DNA of 64,000 nucleotides from an uncultured Spirochaetota bacterium (GTDB lineage: Bacteria > Spirochaetota > Brevinematia > Brevinematales > JAOACQ01): positions 384,001 to 448,000 of the forward strand of contig CAVYGN010000001.1 of the NCBI GenBank assembly GCA_963768055.1, in the 5' to 3' direction. Below, piece by piece: positions 19,094-28,011 of this stretch (its first letter is position 1; each line of letters opens with the position of its first letter). The notes beneath the pieces were generated by a model that had not been told where the DNA came from, searched no databases, and saw only the letters and a program-made list of their open reading frames with translations. The position numbers and the translations under genes were made by a program.

Positions 19094-19942
19094 TTAGTCG
19101 AACTGGTAATAGACATGCTGGCGGCCCAGGCCTATAAAGCCGTAATCCTTCACCCTTTCCTCGTAAGTTTCCCAGTTGTCCCCGTAATGGGTGAGGACTG
19201 TTTTCGCCTTTATCTCCGGGGGCAGGCCGTTGAGTTCGTCGAGAGACGCATGGACCCCGCCGGTAAAGAGCTGGCAGTCATGAAATATGTTTTCAAGCTT
19301 GAAAAGCTTGTCGTAAGAGACTATCAGTTCGTCGTCGTACCTGGTATCGCTTGTGAACATAACCCTGTCGTCTATAATCAAACCGCAGCTCCAGAATGAA
19401 GTTTCCCAGCTTTTTGAAGTATCCGGAATATGTTTGGTCCGGAACATTTTTATATTAATGGAACCGATACTTGTTTCGAACGTTTCCCTTGGATAATTCT
19501 TCAGCCATTCCGGGCGGATAACTTTCCAGAAATCCCCGAAGTCGAGGACGAAACCTTTTTTTTCTTCATTAAAGGCGCATCCCCCCCTGAGCGACATGTT
19601 CCAGAGGATATGCTGGTAATTTTCAGTTATGACCATCACGGGTTTCCTTTTTGCGAAGTATTTCCCCATCAGGGCCGCTTCTTCAAGTCCTCCTATGTGG
19701 TCGGCATGGGAATGGGTTATAAGATAATTATCGATGTCCGTCATATTAATACCCATTTCGAAAAGGGCCTGCGAACATTTTGTGCCGCAATCGACAAGGA
19801 GATGGTCGTCGCCTTTAACGATCAGAAGGTTGGTTTGATATAACCTCTTTGTGAAAGCGCTTCCTATCCCTATAAAAAAAAGGGACAGCTTTCCGCTGTT
19901 TTTCAGGGACAGCTTCGAGCCCTTCATTTCCAGAATTTTCAT
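19094..19942 (-). CDS. MBL-fold metallo-hydrolase
   Basis: LLVDCG, THSHADH, FTSDT, HDCQ, LTHY; probable start ATG 19942. Confidence 0.85.
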   Translation of the reverse strand: MKILEMKGSKLSLKNSGKLSLFFIGIGSAFTKRLYQTNLLIVKGDDHLLVDCGTKCSQALFEMGINMTDIDNYLITHSHADHIGGLEEAALMGKYFAKRKPVMVITENYQHILWNMSLRGGCAFNEEKKGFVLDFGDFWKVIRPEWLKNYPRETFETSIGSINIKMFRTKHIPDTSKSWETSFWSCGLIIDDRVMFTSDTRYDDELIVSYDKLFKLENIFHDCQLFTGGVHASLDELNGLPPEIKAKTVLTHYGDNWETYEERVKDYGFIGLGRQHVYYQFD

Positions 19943-20054
19943 CGGCCCCCCTAACAATATTCCACTATATATTGTTATCGACTGTAATTAGTTAATCTTT
20001 AGTGAAATTTAAAACACAAGTTGAAATCAAAAACCGGCACCGGTGCCGGAGAAA

Positions 20055-20083
20055 TTGACAAAGAAGGGTGCCCGGTGTATGAT
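20055..20083 (+). promoter_or_regulatory. sigma70 promoter of thiG, possibly leaderless
   Basis: TTGACA-N17-TATGAT ends 5 nt before ATG 20089; perfect 16-bp palindrome CCGGCACCGGTGCCGG at 20034-20049. Confidence 0.65.
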
Positions 20084-20088
20084 TAATT

Positions 20089-20880
20089 ATGGTCAATGGA
20101 AACAAAAATCAAAGCGGCGATACGTTCGAAATCGGAGGCAAAGCTTTTACAAACAGGCTTTTTATCGGGACCGGCAAACTCTCTTCTTCTGAACTGATAC
20201 CCCGGATCCTGGAGGCCTCGGGAAGCGAAATGATAACCGTGGCCTTGCGGAGGGTCGATTTCGACGCCGGGAAAAACAATATTTTATCCTTCATCCCCGG
20301 GAACGTCACTCTCCTTCCCAATACGTCGGGGGCAAGGAATGCGGAAGAAGCCGTGAGGATAGCCCGGATAGCAAGGGAGCTCGGCTGCGGTAATTTTATA
20401 AAAGTCGAAGTAATTCATGAAATGACATACCTTATGCCGGACAACGAAGAGACCGTGAGAGCCACCGAAACCCTCGCCAGAGAAGGATTCATAGTCCTTC
20501 CCTACGTTCAGCCGGACCTTGTAATAGCGAGAAAACTTTATGACGCAGGAGCGGCCGCGGTCATGCCCCTCGGTTCTCCTATAGGCTCGAACAGGGGCCT
20601 CTTGGCCAGGGACTTCCTCGAAATGATTATTGAGAATTCGATGCTCCCCGTCATCGTGGACGCAGGAATAGGCAGGCCTTCCCACGCGGCGGAAGCAATG
20701 GAAATGGGCGCCGACGCTGTCCTTATAAATACCGCGATAGCTACCGCCCCGGATCCTGTCGCCATAAGCGGGGCGTTTTCTCTTGCCGTCAGGGCCGGAA
20801 GGATCTCCTACCTGTCGGGATACGCGGAAGAGAGCAGAACAGGGTCCGCCAGTTCCCCGCTGACAGGTTTCCTCGGGTGA
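20089..20880 (+). CDS. thiG: thiazole synthase
   Basis: RLFIGTGK, ITVALRRV, LPNTSGARNAEEAVRIA, VMPLGSPIGSNRG, VDAGIG. Confidence 0.96.
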   Translation: MVNGNKNQSGDTFEIGGKAFTNRLFIGTGKLSSSELIPRILEASGSEMITVALRRVDFDAGKNNILSFIPGNVTLLPNTSGARNAEEAVRIARIARELGCGNFIKVEVIHEMTYLMPDNEETVRATETLAREGFIVLPYVQPDLVIARKLYDAGAAAVMPLGSPIGSNRGLLARDFLEMIIENSMLPVIVDAGIGRPSHAAEAMEMGADAVLINTAIATAPDPVAISGAFSLAVRAGRISYLSGYAEESRTGSASSPLTGFLG

Positions 20881-21626
20881 ATAAAGTTCCTAAAGAAAGG
20901 CTCGATCTGCTTCTTGTTTCAAGGGGCTTCTGCGAAACCAGACAGAAGGCGAAGGCCCTTATCCTTGCAGGCGAAGTCGCTGTCAACGGGTCCGTCGTTA
21001 CCAAGAGCGGCATGTCTCTGCCGGCAGATTCCGAAATAACCGTAAAAAAAAAGTTCCCGTATGTAGGCAGGGGGGCGCTTAAACTCATCTCCGCACTCGA
21101 CTATTTCAAGATCGACCCGGATAAGAAAATTGCCATCGATATCGGCTCTTCGACAGGAGGCTTCACCCAGGTCCTTCTCGAAAGGGGGGCAATGCTGGTC
21201 TATGCGGTGGATTCGGGGACCAACCAGCTCGACTGGAGGATCAGGAACGACCCCCGGGTAGTAGTGATGGAAAACACCAATGCCAGGAATATCACTCCGG
21301 ACATGTTCGGGGAAAAGCCGGAAATCGGCGTCATAGACGTTTCGTTTATATCAATTACAAAAATCCTTCCCGCATTGCAGGCCGTTATGACAGGGGACTA
21401 TTCCATAATTGCATTGATAAAGCCCCAGTTCGAACTGGAAAAGAAAAAAATAGGCAAAAGGGGCCTGGCCGGCGAAAAGTTCAGGGAAGAGGCCGTCAAA
21501 AGGGTCCTCGATTTCGCGAAGGGCCTGGGCCTTGAAGCGGGGGAGGCGATCGAGTCGCCGATACGAGGCCTAAAGAGCGGGAACGTGGAGTATCTGGTGA
21601 GGTTCGGGAGGTCTTGCTTGCTGTAG
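20877..21626 (+). CDS. tlyA: TlyA family rRNA 2'-O-methyltransferase
   Basis: S4 domain KERLDLLL, YVGRGALKL, DIGSSTGGFT, DVSFIS, LIKPQFE, GNVEYL; GTGA overlap with thiG. Confidence 0.95.
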   Translation: MNKVPKERLDLLLVSRGFCETRQKAKALILAGEVAVNGSVVTKSGMSLPADSEITVKKKFPYVGRGALKLISALDYFKIDPDKKIAIDIGSSTGGFTQVLLERGAMLVYAVDSGTNQLDWRIRNDPRVVVMENTNARNITPDMFGEKPEIGVIDVSFISITKILPALQAVMTGDYSIIALIKPQFELEKKKIGKRGLAGEKFREEAVKRVLDFAKGLGLEAGEAIESPIRGLKSGNVEYLVRFGRSCLL

Positions 21627-21690
21627 ATAGATAAAAAAGTTGCGTAATGGAAAATAAACATGGGTAATGGAAAAAAAGTTGCGTAATTTC
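21622..21690 (+). mobile_element. transposon end (TGT, 8-bp terminus, three tandem ~20-bp repeats), Tn7/Tn5053/IS21-like architecture
   Basis: TGTAGATA-GATAAAAAAGTTGCGTAATG-GAAAATAAACATGGGTAATG-GAAAAAAAGTTGCGTAATT; 21631-21654 recurs as a perfect 24-bp inverted copy at 26426-26449. Confidence 0.6.
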
Positions 21691-21849
21691 AAGCTGTGAT
21701 AAAGTTATTTTAAACAAAGCAATAACTCCTGATCTCTAATAAGCCAATTATATTTAATCGTCAATTTCCCGAGTACAAATCATCTTGTTGAGGTCATTCC
21801 CGCCATCCAGTTAATTCGAACTCGCTGTTGTACGCTGCCAGGCCGAAAA

Positions 21850-22734
21850 TCAGTTTAAAATTATGCTTTGTCTAAACATATCTTCAATATTCACATTTGG
21901 GTGGTGGTAATCCTTCCCCTCAAATTTACTCCAATGATGAATCGCCTTTGCCGGACACCACTCGTCACAGGCAAGGCACATCTCACAATGGTGCTGCCAA
22001 ACAGGCTTATTTTCAATTATTTTTATATTTTGGACAGGACAAACCTTAGCGCAAGTCCCACAACCATTACATTTATCATTAACATAAATACTTTTATCAG
22101 TCAATGGTATTAATTCATGAAAGCTAAGATTTGAATCTTCCGGTACTTTTGCAGTCTTCTTGAGGGATTTTTCAATATATTTATGCATTATAGAATACAT
22201 TGGGGCCAAAAGTACGTTAAATAGTGATTTTATAATTTTATATTTGGTATTTTTTCTTTTGATAATTCGCTGGCAAATATCCTCTATTTTTTTATGACTA
22301 TTTTTAAATATTATTTCATGATTTCTCTCAACAGGAACAGGAATATGATCATAATCTAAGTTGTTCAAAGGAAGTCTGACTGAAAATTCTCCAGAAAGTT
22401 TACCGCCCATTGACTGAATTAATTTAGATAAGTTTTTTAGAGCCGGAAGGGCGTTAACAGGACCATAACATCCATAAGTGCATACTGCAAAAATGTTTTT
22501 TAACTCTATGTTATCTAATTTTTTGATAAATTTCTCTACTATTAATGGTATACCATAGAGTTGGGAAAGATAACATGGAAATACAATCCCAACAATATCA
22601 GCTTCAGTTTTTATAATTTGTTTATTAATAATCGACGGAATGGATATCAAAGTCCCCTTTATTTTATCAGCTATATCCCTTGCCACAGCCAATGAATTGC
22701 CAGTTCCGGTAAAATAGTAAACTTCTCTATTCAT
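21850..22734 (-). CDS. EFR1-type flavodoxin-ferredoxin fusion protein
   Basis: YYFTGTGNSLAVA flavodoxin start; CNGCGTCAKVCP and CEMCLACDEWCP 4Fe-4S motifs. Confidence 0.9.
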   Translation of the reverse strand: MNREVYYFTGTGNSLAVARDIADKIKGTLISIPSIINKQIIKTEADIVGIVFPCYLSQLYGIPLIVEKFIKKLDNIELKNIFAVCTYGCYGPVNALPALKNLSKLIQSMGGKLSGEFSVRLPLNNLDYDHIPVPVERNHEIIFKNSHKKIEDICQRIIKRKNTKYKIIKSLFNVLLAPMYSIMHKYIEKSLKKTAKVPEDSNLSFHELIPLTDKSIYVNDKCNGCGTCAKVCPVQNIKIIENKPVWQHHCEMCLACDEWCPAKAIHHWSKFEGKDYHHPNVNIEDMFRQSIILN

Positions 22735-22868
22735 AAAATAATTTTCCCATACTTTTTATTCTTCACAGAATTATAAATTATCAAACCATATTTGACAATA
22801 GGTATTATCATTAATCCCTAATTTGCCTTTTTACTAGGGAATCTGGGTGGCCCCGGACAACCGAACAA

Positions 22869-23192
22869 TTAACAAACAAAATAATTGATAGATTGTCGGA
22901 GCTTTTTGTTGAACGCGGAGCCCCGGAGTATATACGAAGCGATAATGGATCTGAATTTACGGCAAAGGCACTATGGAAATGGCTAAAAAGAGTCAATGTA
23001 AAAACATTGTATATTGAACCCGGGAGCCCATGGGAAAATGGGTATATTGAATCTTTTAATGGAAAATTAATGGATGAGTTTCTTAATGGAGAGCTGTTCG
23101 ATACCCTGCTTGAAGCAAAAGTATTGACCGGGAGATGGAGAAGGGAGTATAATCATGTACGGCCGCATAGTTCACTGGGTTATCGGCCGCCT
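22869..23192 (+). pseudogene. IS3-family transposase (rve integrase core) fragment
   Basis: PEYIRSDNGSEFTA, IEPGSPWENGYIESFNG, YNHVRPHSSLGYRPP; N-terminal part missing. Confidence 0.92.
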
Positions 23193-23819
23193 TTTCCTTG
23201 CCGCCATGATCAGATAGGCTCTTTCGATATTTTCTCTCTCGTGAATTTCATAATGAATATCTTTAAAATTTGACGCCGATAATTTCCCGACGACTTCATC
23301 TAATGTGTATTTATTAAATATTTCATCGTCCACGTTGCTGAGATTATCCAGTGTCGAGGGGCTGGCCATATATAAATATAATAGCCCGCCGTCTTTTAAT
23401 AAACCGTATATTTTGCTAAAATATGTTCCAAGGTCATTCCAGAAATAGAGGACATTGATCCCGATTATTTTGCTGAAGCACTTTTGGGAATTATCAGAAT
23501 TATATGTCAATAAATCGTCATGCGACAGAAAGACAGTTCCCGCGCCGATATGGTCTTTATTTTTCCTTAAGGCTTTTTTATACATGACCTTCGAGAAATC
23601 GATCCCGGAAACCGTTATATTTTGATCCCGCCCGGCCAGGATATTTATCCCCGTTCCGGCGCCGTAGCCGATCTCCAGGACATGATCACCGTCTACGGTT
23701 TTAACGCGGGGCATGATCCACTGGTACAGCTTCGCGTTTTTCCTCTCCATCCTTCCGGATATTATTTTACCTAATAAACCCGAGGGTTTTCTATACTGTT
23801 TTGCGATCAATTTTGACAC
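23172..23819 (-). CDS. class I SAM-dependent methyltransferase
   Basis: QYRKPSGLLG N-terminus, VLEIGYGAG, GIDFS, NVLYFW; its stop codon lies inside the IS3 remnant. Confidence 0.85.
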   Translation of the reverse strand: MSKLIAKQYRKPSGLLGKIISGRMERKNAKLYQWIMPRVKTVDGDHVLEIGYGAGTGINILAGRDQNITVSGIDFSKVMYKKALRKNKDHIGAGTVFLSHDDLLTYNSDNSQKCFSKIIGINVLYFWNDLGTYFSKIYGLLKDGGLLYLYMASPSTLDNLSNVDDEIFNKYTLDEVVGKLSASNFKDIHYEIHERENIERAYLIMAARKRRPITQ

Positions 23820-23888
23820 GATTTCCTCTGTTTTGTATTAAAATTATCCGGCGATATTCTATAATGTTTTTGTTCCTGGTTAATAATA

Positions 23889-23986
23889 TTAATTCGAAAT
23901 TTCCAAAATGCCTCAACATTTTTGCCAATCTCGAAAACACCTTCATCCCAGTAATAAATTATAACAAGACCAAAACATCATGTCAA
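23889..23986 (-). promoter_or_regulatory. outward sigma70 promoter plus IS1380-like end motif (module a)
   Basis: TTGACA(23986-81)-N17-TATAAT(23963-58) with TG extension; CATTTTGGAAATTTCGAATTAA at 23910-23889. Confidence 0.7.
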
Positions 23987-24134
23987 ATCAGTTTTTGATT
24001 GTCGGCTCAACACAAACCTTCTCAAATGGGGCTTCCCCTTTATCGGCTTTGATAAAATATTTAAGACAAGATTTAACCAGCCTGGTGGAAGATAGAAGAT
24101 CTTGTTTCGAAAATTAATAACCTTGGGATCGAGA

Positions 24135-25292
24135 TCAGGGAAAAGCATAACCCGGATAGGTTGACCGGTTTGTCATTAAGTCTCTCACAAATTTCCCTGA
24201 CCGGGTTAAATCCGCCTCTCCCCAGCCGCCGTCAGTTTTAGTCCCATTAATTAAAAAAGATGTCGTTTCCCAGGGCACGTCTGAAAGAGAATAGTTGCAC
24301 CAGCTGATATTTTTACTGTTCAGGAAATTTATCCAGAGCCTGGCATTATTTAAATCAAGCGGTGTTGAAGGATTTAATCCTGAAATACAGGCTCCCCATT
24401 CCGTACAGAAAATGGCAATATTGGTTAACGCCGATGAAATACGGTTTGTCATCGAGAGAGGTTCTCCTGTATAAAAATGGGAAGTATACATAATATTTTC
24501 ATATTTCAGCGGATTGGCGGATGCATGGTGCTGGTCGATGCTCCAAAACTCGGTTCCGACAATTATAAGCGCATTGGAATCCCCCGCGCGGATTGCGGGT
24601 ATAATATACTCGGCATAAGGTTTTATACTGCTGTTCCACTTAACATGATTAGGCTCATTGCAGATCTCATAAATAACTTGTTTTTTCGCCCCATACAGAA
24701 ATGCCATCCTTTTAAAGAAATCATAAGCATTGGTTTTATGCAGATTCGGATCGCCGTCAAATAGGATTTGCCAATCGATTATACAGTAAATTCCGCATTC
24801 TTCAGTTATCCTTACGGCATCCTTTATATAATTTTCAAGAGCCGGATTATCTAAATATCCGGGTTCAATGACAGAGCCCGTACCGCTGCCCCAGTGTCCG
24901 CCTGCCGGCCAGAGTGGAACTCTAAGCACATCCATTTTCCAATTTTTTGACAGATATGATATAGCTTTATAGTTTATGAATTTTGCTTCATAATTCAGGC
25001 CGCGGAGGTACAGCCCCCTGAGCTGTACGGGATTGCCATATTCGTCGCAAAGCTGTGTCCCTACAATTTTCAATTTGCCGTGCCTGGCAACAGGCGATCC
25101 TTCAGGGTAAATTCCCAGTACCCCGCTATTGGTAAAAGGGAGATATTCCTGCCGGACCTGTAAGCTTGTCGTGATAGTTTCATCAGGTTCGGTATAGAAT
25201 GGTTCTAAATCAATACAGGATGTTAAACAGGCAATAACTGCAAGCATACAAGAAAATAAAAGGCATTTAATTCGAGATTTCCCATTTAGCAT
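24135..25292 (-). CDS. GH5 endoglucanase-like lipoprotein
   Basis: LTSC lipobox; HGKLKIVGTQL, IIDWQ, YEICNEP (acid/base), HFY, IFCTEWG (nucleophile), ISWCNYS. Confidence 0.9.
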   Translation of the reverse strand: MLNGKSRIKCLLFSCMLAVIACLTSCIDLEPFYTEPDETITTSLQVRQEYLPFTNSGVLGIYPEGSPVARHGKLKIVGTQLCDEYGNPVQLRGLYLRGLNYEAKFINYKAISYLSKNWKMDVLRVPLWPAGGHWGSGTGSVIEPGYLDNPALENYIKDAVRITEECGIYCIIDWQILFDGDPNLHKTNAYDFFKRMAFLYGAKKQVIYEICNEPNHVKWNSSIKPYAEYIIPAIRAGDSNALIIVGTEFWSIDQHHASANPLKYENIMYTSHFYTGEPLSMTNRISSALTNIAIFCTEWGACISGLNPSTPLDLNNARLWINFLNSKNISWCNYSLSDVPWETTSFLINGTKTDGGWGEADLTRSGKFVRDLMTNRSTYPGYAFP

Positions 25293-25541
25293 ATTGAAAC
25301 TCCAAAAATCCGAGCCCTAATGCGTTATACCAATACTTTATAAACCTTATCAGGACATGTCAATATAAATTCCGTCTTTCACAAACTTAAATTGGGCTGA
25401 TAAGCAGCATCGCCTTGGAAGTAGCGATCCGGAATATGATCTCTATATCTTTCAACAATAGCCTTTATTCATTCTTTCATCAATAATTATATCATTGTGT
25501 AAATTGATATTCAAAGTTTCATCTGGGAAATCCCGTTTTAT
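25267..25541. mobile_element. 275-bp segment bounded by two outward-facing IS1380-like end motifs (b, c)
   Basis: TAAATGGGAAATCTCGAATTAA (minus, 25288-25267) and CATCTGGGAAATCCCGTTTTAT (plus, 25520-25541); internal minus-strand TTGACA(25363-58)-N17-TAAAGT(25340-35). Confidence 0.5.
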
Positions 25542-26197
25542 ATTTGCTTCTTTTTTAAACTATCATGCGCCATAGCGGTAATCACTGTTAATATAATTAA
25601 ACCAAGCACAGTCAAACCGCTGGCGATTGATAGTGTTACAAAGACATCCGGGTCCGGGTTTGGTCCATTCAATCCGGAGAGATAACCATAAATGATAGGC
25701 ACAGGGACCATTAAAAGCTCCGCTGTAAAAAACCAGGGCCAAAGCAGAGCAAGAAATCCCCTGAAAACAGAAGGTGTTTTGTTCCATAACTTGAAGGATG
25801 ATTTTATTTTAAAACCGGCAATACCGCTTAGGATTAAGAACAAAATCGGCGCAAATCCTCCTCCAACAAGCAGGAGCAGAATCAACAGTAAATAAAGAAT
25901 GATACTGCCGAACTTTTTATGGATAAAAAAAGCGGACCAGGCCATGATGATTAGTCCTGTTATCACGGCCAGGATTCCTGTTATTAAATAGTTCGGAATG
26001 ATAGTCATCGCCGGTTCAACGCCAAAGGGGAAAGGCAACCCTTTGCCGGTATAGGCGTTGATAACTGTGGTGGTTATAGCGATATTGCCATGGAGGATTT
26101 CGCCAATCCCATGTTCCAACCCTAATATTCCGCCCAACACGCCGAAAGAAGACGCGGTGATCCTGGATGCGTTAATCCCTTTTTTGAAATCTAACAT
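25538..26197 (-). CDS. hypothetical multi-pass membrane protein
   Basis: Several TM segments, GLEHGIGEILHGN and EPAMTIIPNYLITGILA motifs; start moved to ATG 26197 after SD AAGGAG. Confidence 0.75.
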   Translation of the reverse strand: MLDFKKGINASRITASSFGVLGGILGLEHGIGEILHGNIAITTTVINAYTGKGLPFPFGVEPAMTIIPNYLITGILAVITGLIIMAWSAFFIHKKFGSIILYLLLILLLLVGGGFAPILFLILSGIAGFKIKSSFKLWNKTPSVFRGFLALLWPWFFTAELLMVPVPIIYGYLSGLNGPNPDPDVFVTLSIASGLTVLGLIILTVITAMAHDSLKKKQI

Positions 26198-26425
26198 TAT
26201 AATACTCCTTTTCAACAACAATTGTTAAAATTATAATAAATTTCTTTGTTGATAAAAAATCACTCCAAATTCTTACTGTTTACTATATCTTACTTTTGAA
26301 TTTATTATTAATCAATAGGTATTTTATCCTATTTAAATTTATTAGAAACGCCAAGGAAGGCGGGCATCATTTTATAAATAAACTTCGGCACGGCTTTTGT
26401 ATAGATTTTTATCTATGATAAAATT

Positions 26426-26458
26426 TTTTCCATTACGCAACTTTTTTATTCACTTATT
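26426..26458 (-). mobile_element. degenerate partner end of the 21622 transposon end
   Basis: Perfect 24-bp inverted copy of 21631-21654; the terminal CA expected at 26457-26458 reads TT. Confidence 0.5.
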
Positions 26459-26511
26459 TATATATAGGGCGGTTCCAAAAACCAACTTTAATTTTCGTTT
26501 GATTTATTGTT

Positions 26512-27435
26512 TTAATAGTCGGCAATTCTTTTTTCAATTCTATTTATTAAAAATGTAATCCATCTGGAGGGTTCATTTTTTTGTCCGAAATCAAAATCCG
26601 AATAATGCTTAACTATTGATTCAGCGTAAAACCTCCCATCTTTTGATTTCTCCCGAACATAATTTATCATACTATTGAAACTTTTGCTCTTTATAGCATA
26701 CGGAAACAGTGAAAGTACATCAATGACTCGTAAGATACCATAGGTTACAGCAGGATATTTTAATTTGGTAAAATCACTTCCTATCCCAAAACCATAAGGC
26801 CGCCATTTTTCGTTTCTTCTGTCCCAATGGGTCAATAATAAGTCAATTGCTCCGTTTAATTTTGGATCATTTCTATATTCTTCAAATTGGCCGAGCAGCA
26901 ATAAAATATTCTGATTATCCATTGGACATGATTCACTGTCTTGAAGCTTTTGACCGACGGCACGCTGTTTTGCGCAATGCCAGCCACCGTCTAATCTCTG
27001 TGTTTTAAAAATCAACTGAATGAATTTTTTATTCTTTTGTTCATTATTATATTTCATTTTTACTAATGAAGACAGAAGAATTGTTGGAATACAAAAATAG
27101 CTCGGTTTCATCTCTTTCGAAGTAATAAATGTCCCATCAGCCGATTGAAGATCGTACATTGTTTCCGCTTCTTTTTCAAGATTAATATCATTAACAGTTA
27201 ATCCAATATCTGCAAGGAAATACAGATCCCAATAAACATTCCCTTTATAAGAAAGTTCGCCTGTTATTAATGCCGTAAGTCCTTGAGAATCTTTTAGTTC
27301 ATTTACAATATTTTTTATTGAAATATCTGATAAAACATGTTTTACATCCGACTTTTTATCTAATAGCTGTAATTCTACTGCGTATTTCAACCATTTTGGT
27401 CCTTCAAGCAGCCAATCTATAATATTTTCATCCAT
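26512..27435 (-). CDS. hypothetical protein with prenyltransferase/squalene-cyclase-like repeats
   Basis: LQSADG, TQRLDGGWHC, FTKLKYP, EPSRWITF motifs; 307 aa. Confidence 0.6.
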   Translation of the reverse strand: MDENIIDWLLEGPKWLKYAVELQLLDKKSDVKHVLSDISIKNIVNELKDSQGLTALITGELSYKGNVYWDLYFLADIGLTVNDINLEKEAETMYDLQSADGTFITSKEMKPSYFCIPTILLSSLVKMKYNNEQKNKKFIQLIFKTQRLDGGWHCAKQRAVGQKLQDSESCPMDNQNILLLLGQFEEYRNDPKLNGAIDLLLTHWDRRNEKWRPYGFGIGSDFTKLKYPAVTYGILRVIDVLSLFPYAIKSKSFNSMINYVREKSKDGRFYAESIVKHYSDFDFGQKNEPSRWITFLINRIEKRIADY

Positions 27436-27480
27436 TTATAGGGCCTCTTATATATTCCAAGCCGTATACAATAAGCTTAA

Positions 27481-27997
27481 AGGCGGTTTAAAAACTGCCC
27501 TATCATGTACAAATAGACTAATTTAAGATAAAATAATAGTCAAGGTTAACATTGTAGAGGGGAATGTTAAAATGACAAAAATCAAGAAGCAGACGAATCA
27601 AGGACTGTTTGAATACCAGGAACGAATTGAAAAACTTGGCAAAACTCCATTAGACAAGCTTAACGAAAATATAGAATGGGAAGACTTCCGACCTATTCTA
27701 ACTGAACTGCTCGCCCTCAAAGAACAAAAGGCTCCAGGCGGCGCTTCACATTATGATTATGTTTTTATGTTCAAAATCCTCATTATTCAGAAGTATTATA
27801 ACCTTTCCGATGAGCATACAATTCATTTATAATGAGGCAAAAGGCGCAATATTTTACATAAACCCCATTGAAAATGGGGATATTTATGCCATGCTAAAGG
27901 TATTGATTAGAAATTTTGAAAATAAATTGGAATAAGAATTTTAATCAAATTGATGTTTGTGGATCACGGTTATAAAGAGTAGATATTGGAACCGCCA
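27481..27997 (+). mobile_element. internally deleted IS5-family element with TTAA duplication
   Basis: Ends AGGCGGTTTAAAAAC and (reverse complement) TGGCGGTTCCAATATC; TTAA at 27477-80 and 27998-28001; contains a transposase 5' fragment. Confidence 0.65.
27572..27832 (+). pseudogene. IS5-family transposase N-terminal fragment
   Basis: PLDKLNENIEWEDFRPIL...GGASHYDYVFMFKILIIQKYYNLSDE, then a premature stop. Confidence 0.88.
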
Positions 27998-28011
27998 TTA
28001 AATTCTTTTAT

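Noticed and set aside
21754..21775. Weak copies of the 22-bp end motif here, at 29039-29060 and at 40375-40396
   Set aside because: Too degenerate and without the promoter at 46-48 nt; the 29-kb copy more likely belongs to the IS1634-like remnant.
21793..21845. Possible integron attC after the EFR1 gene (GTACAAC on the minus strand)
   Set aside because: No matching GTTRRRY partner or L boxes found, and no integrase in the window.
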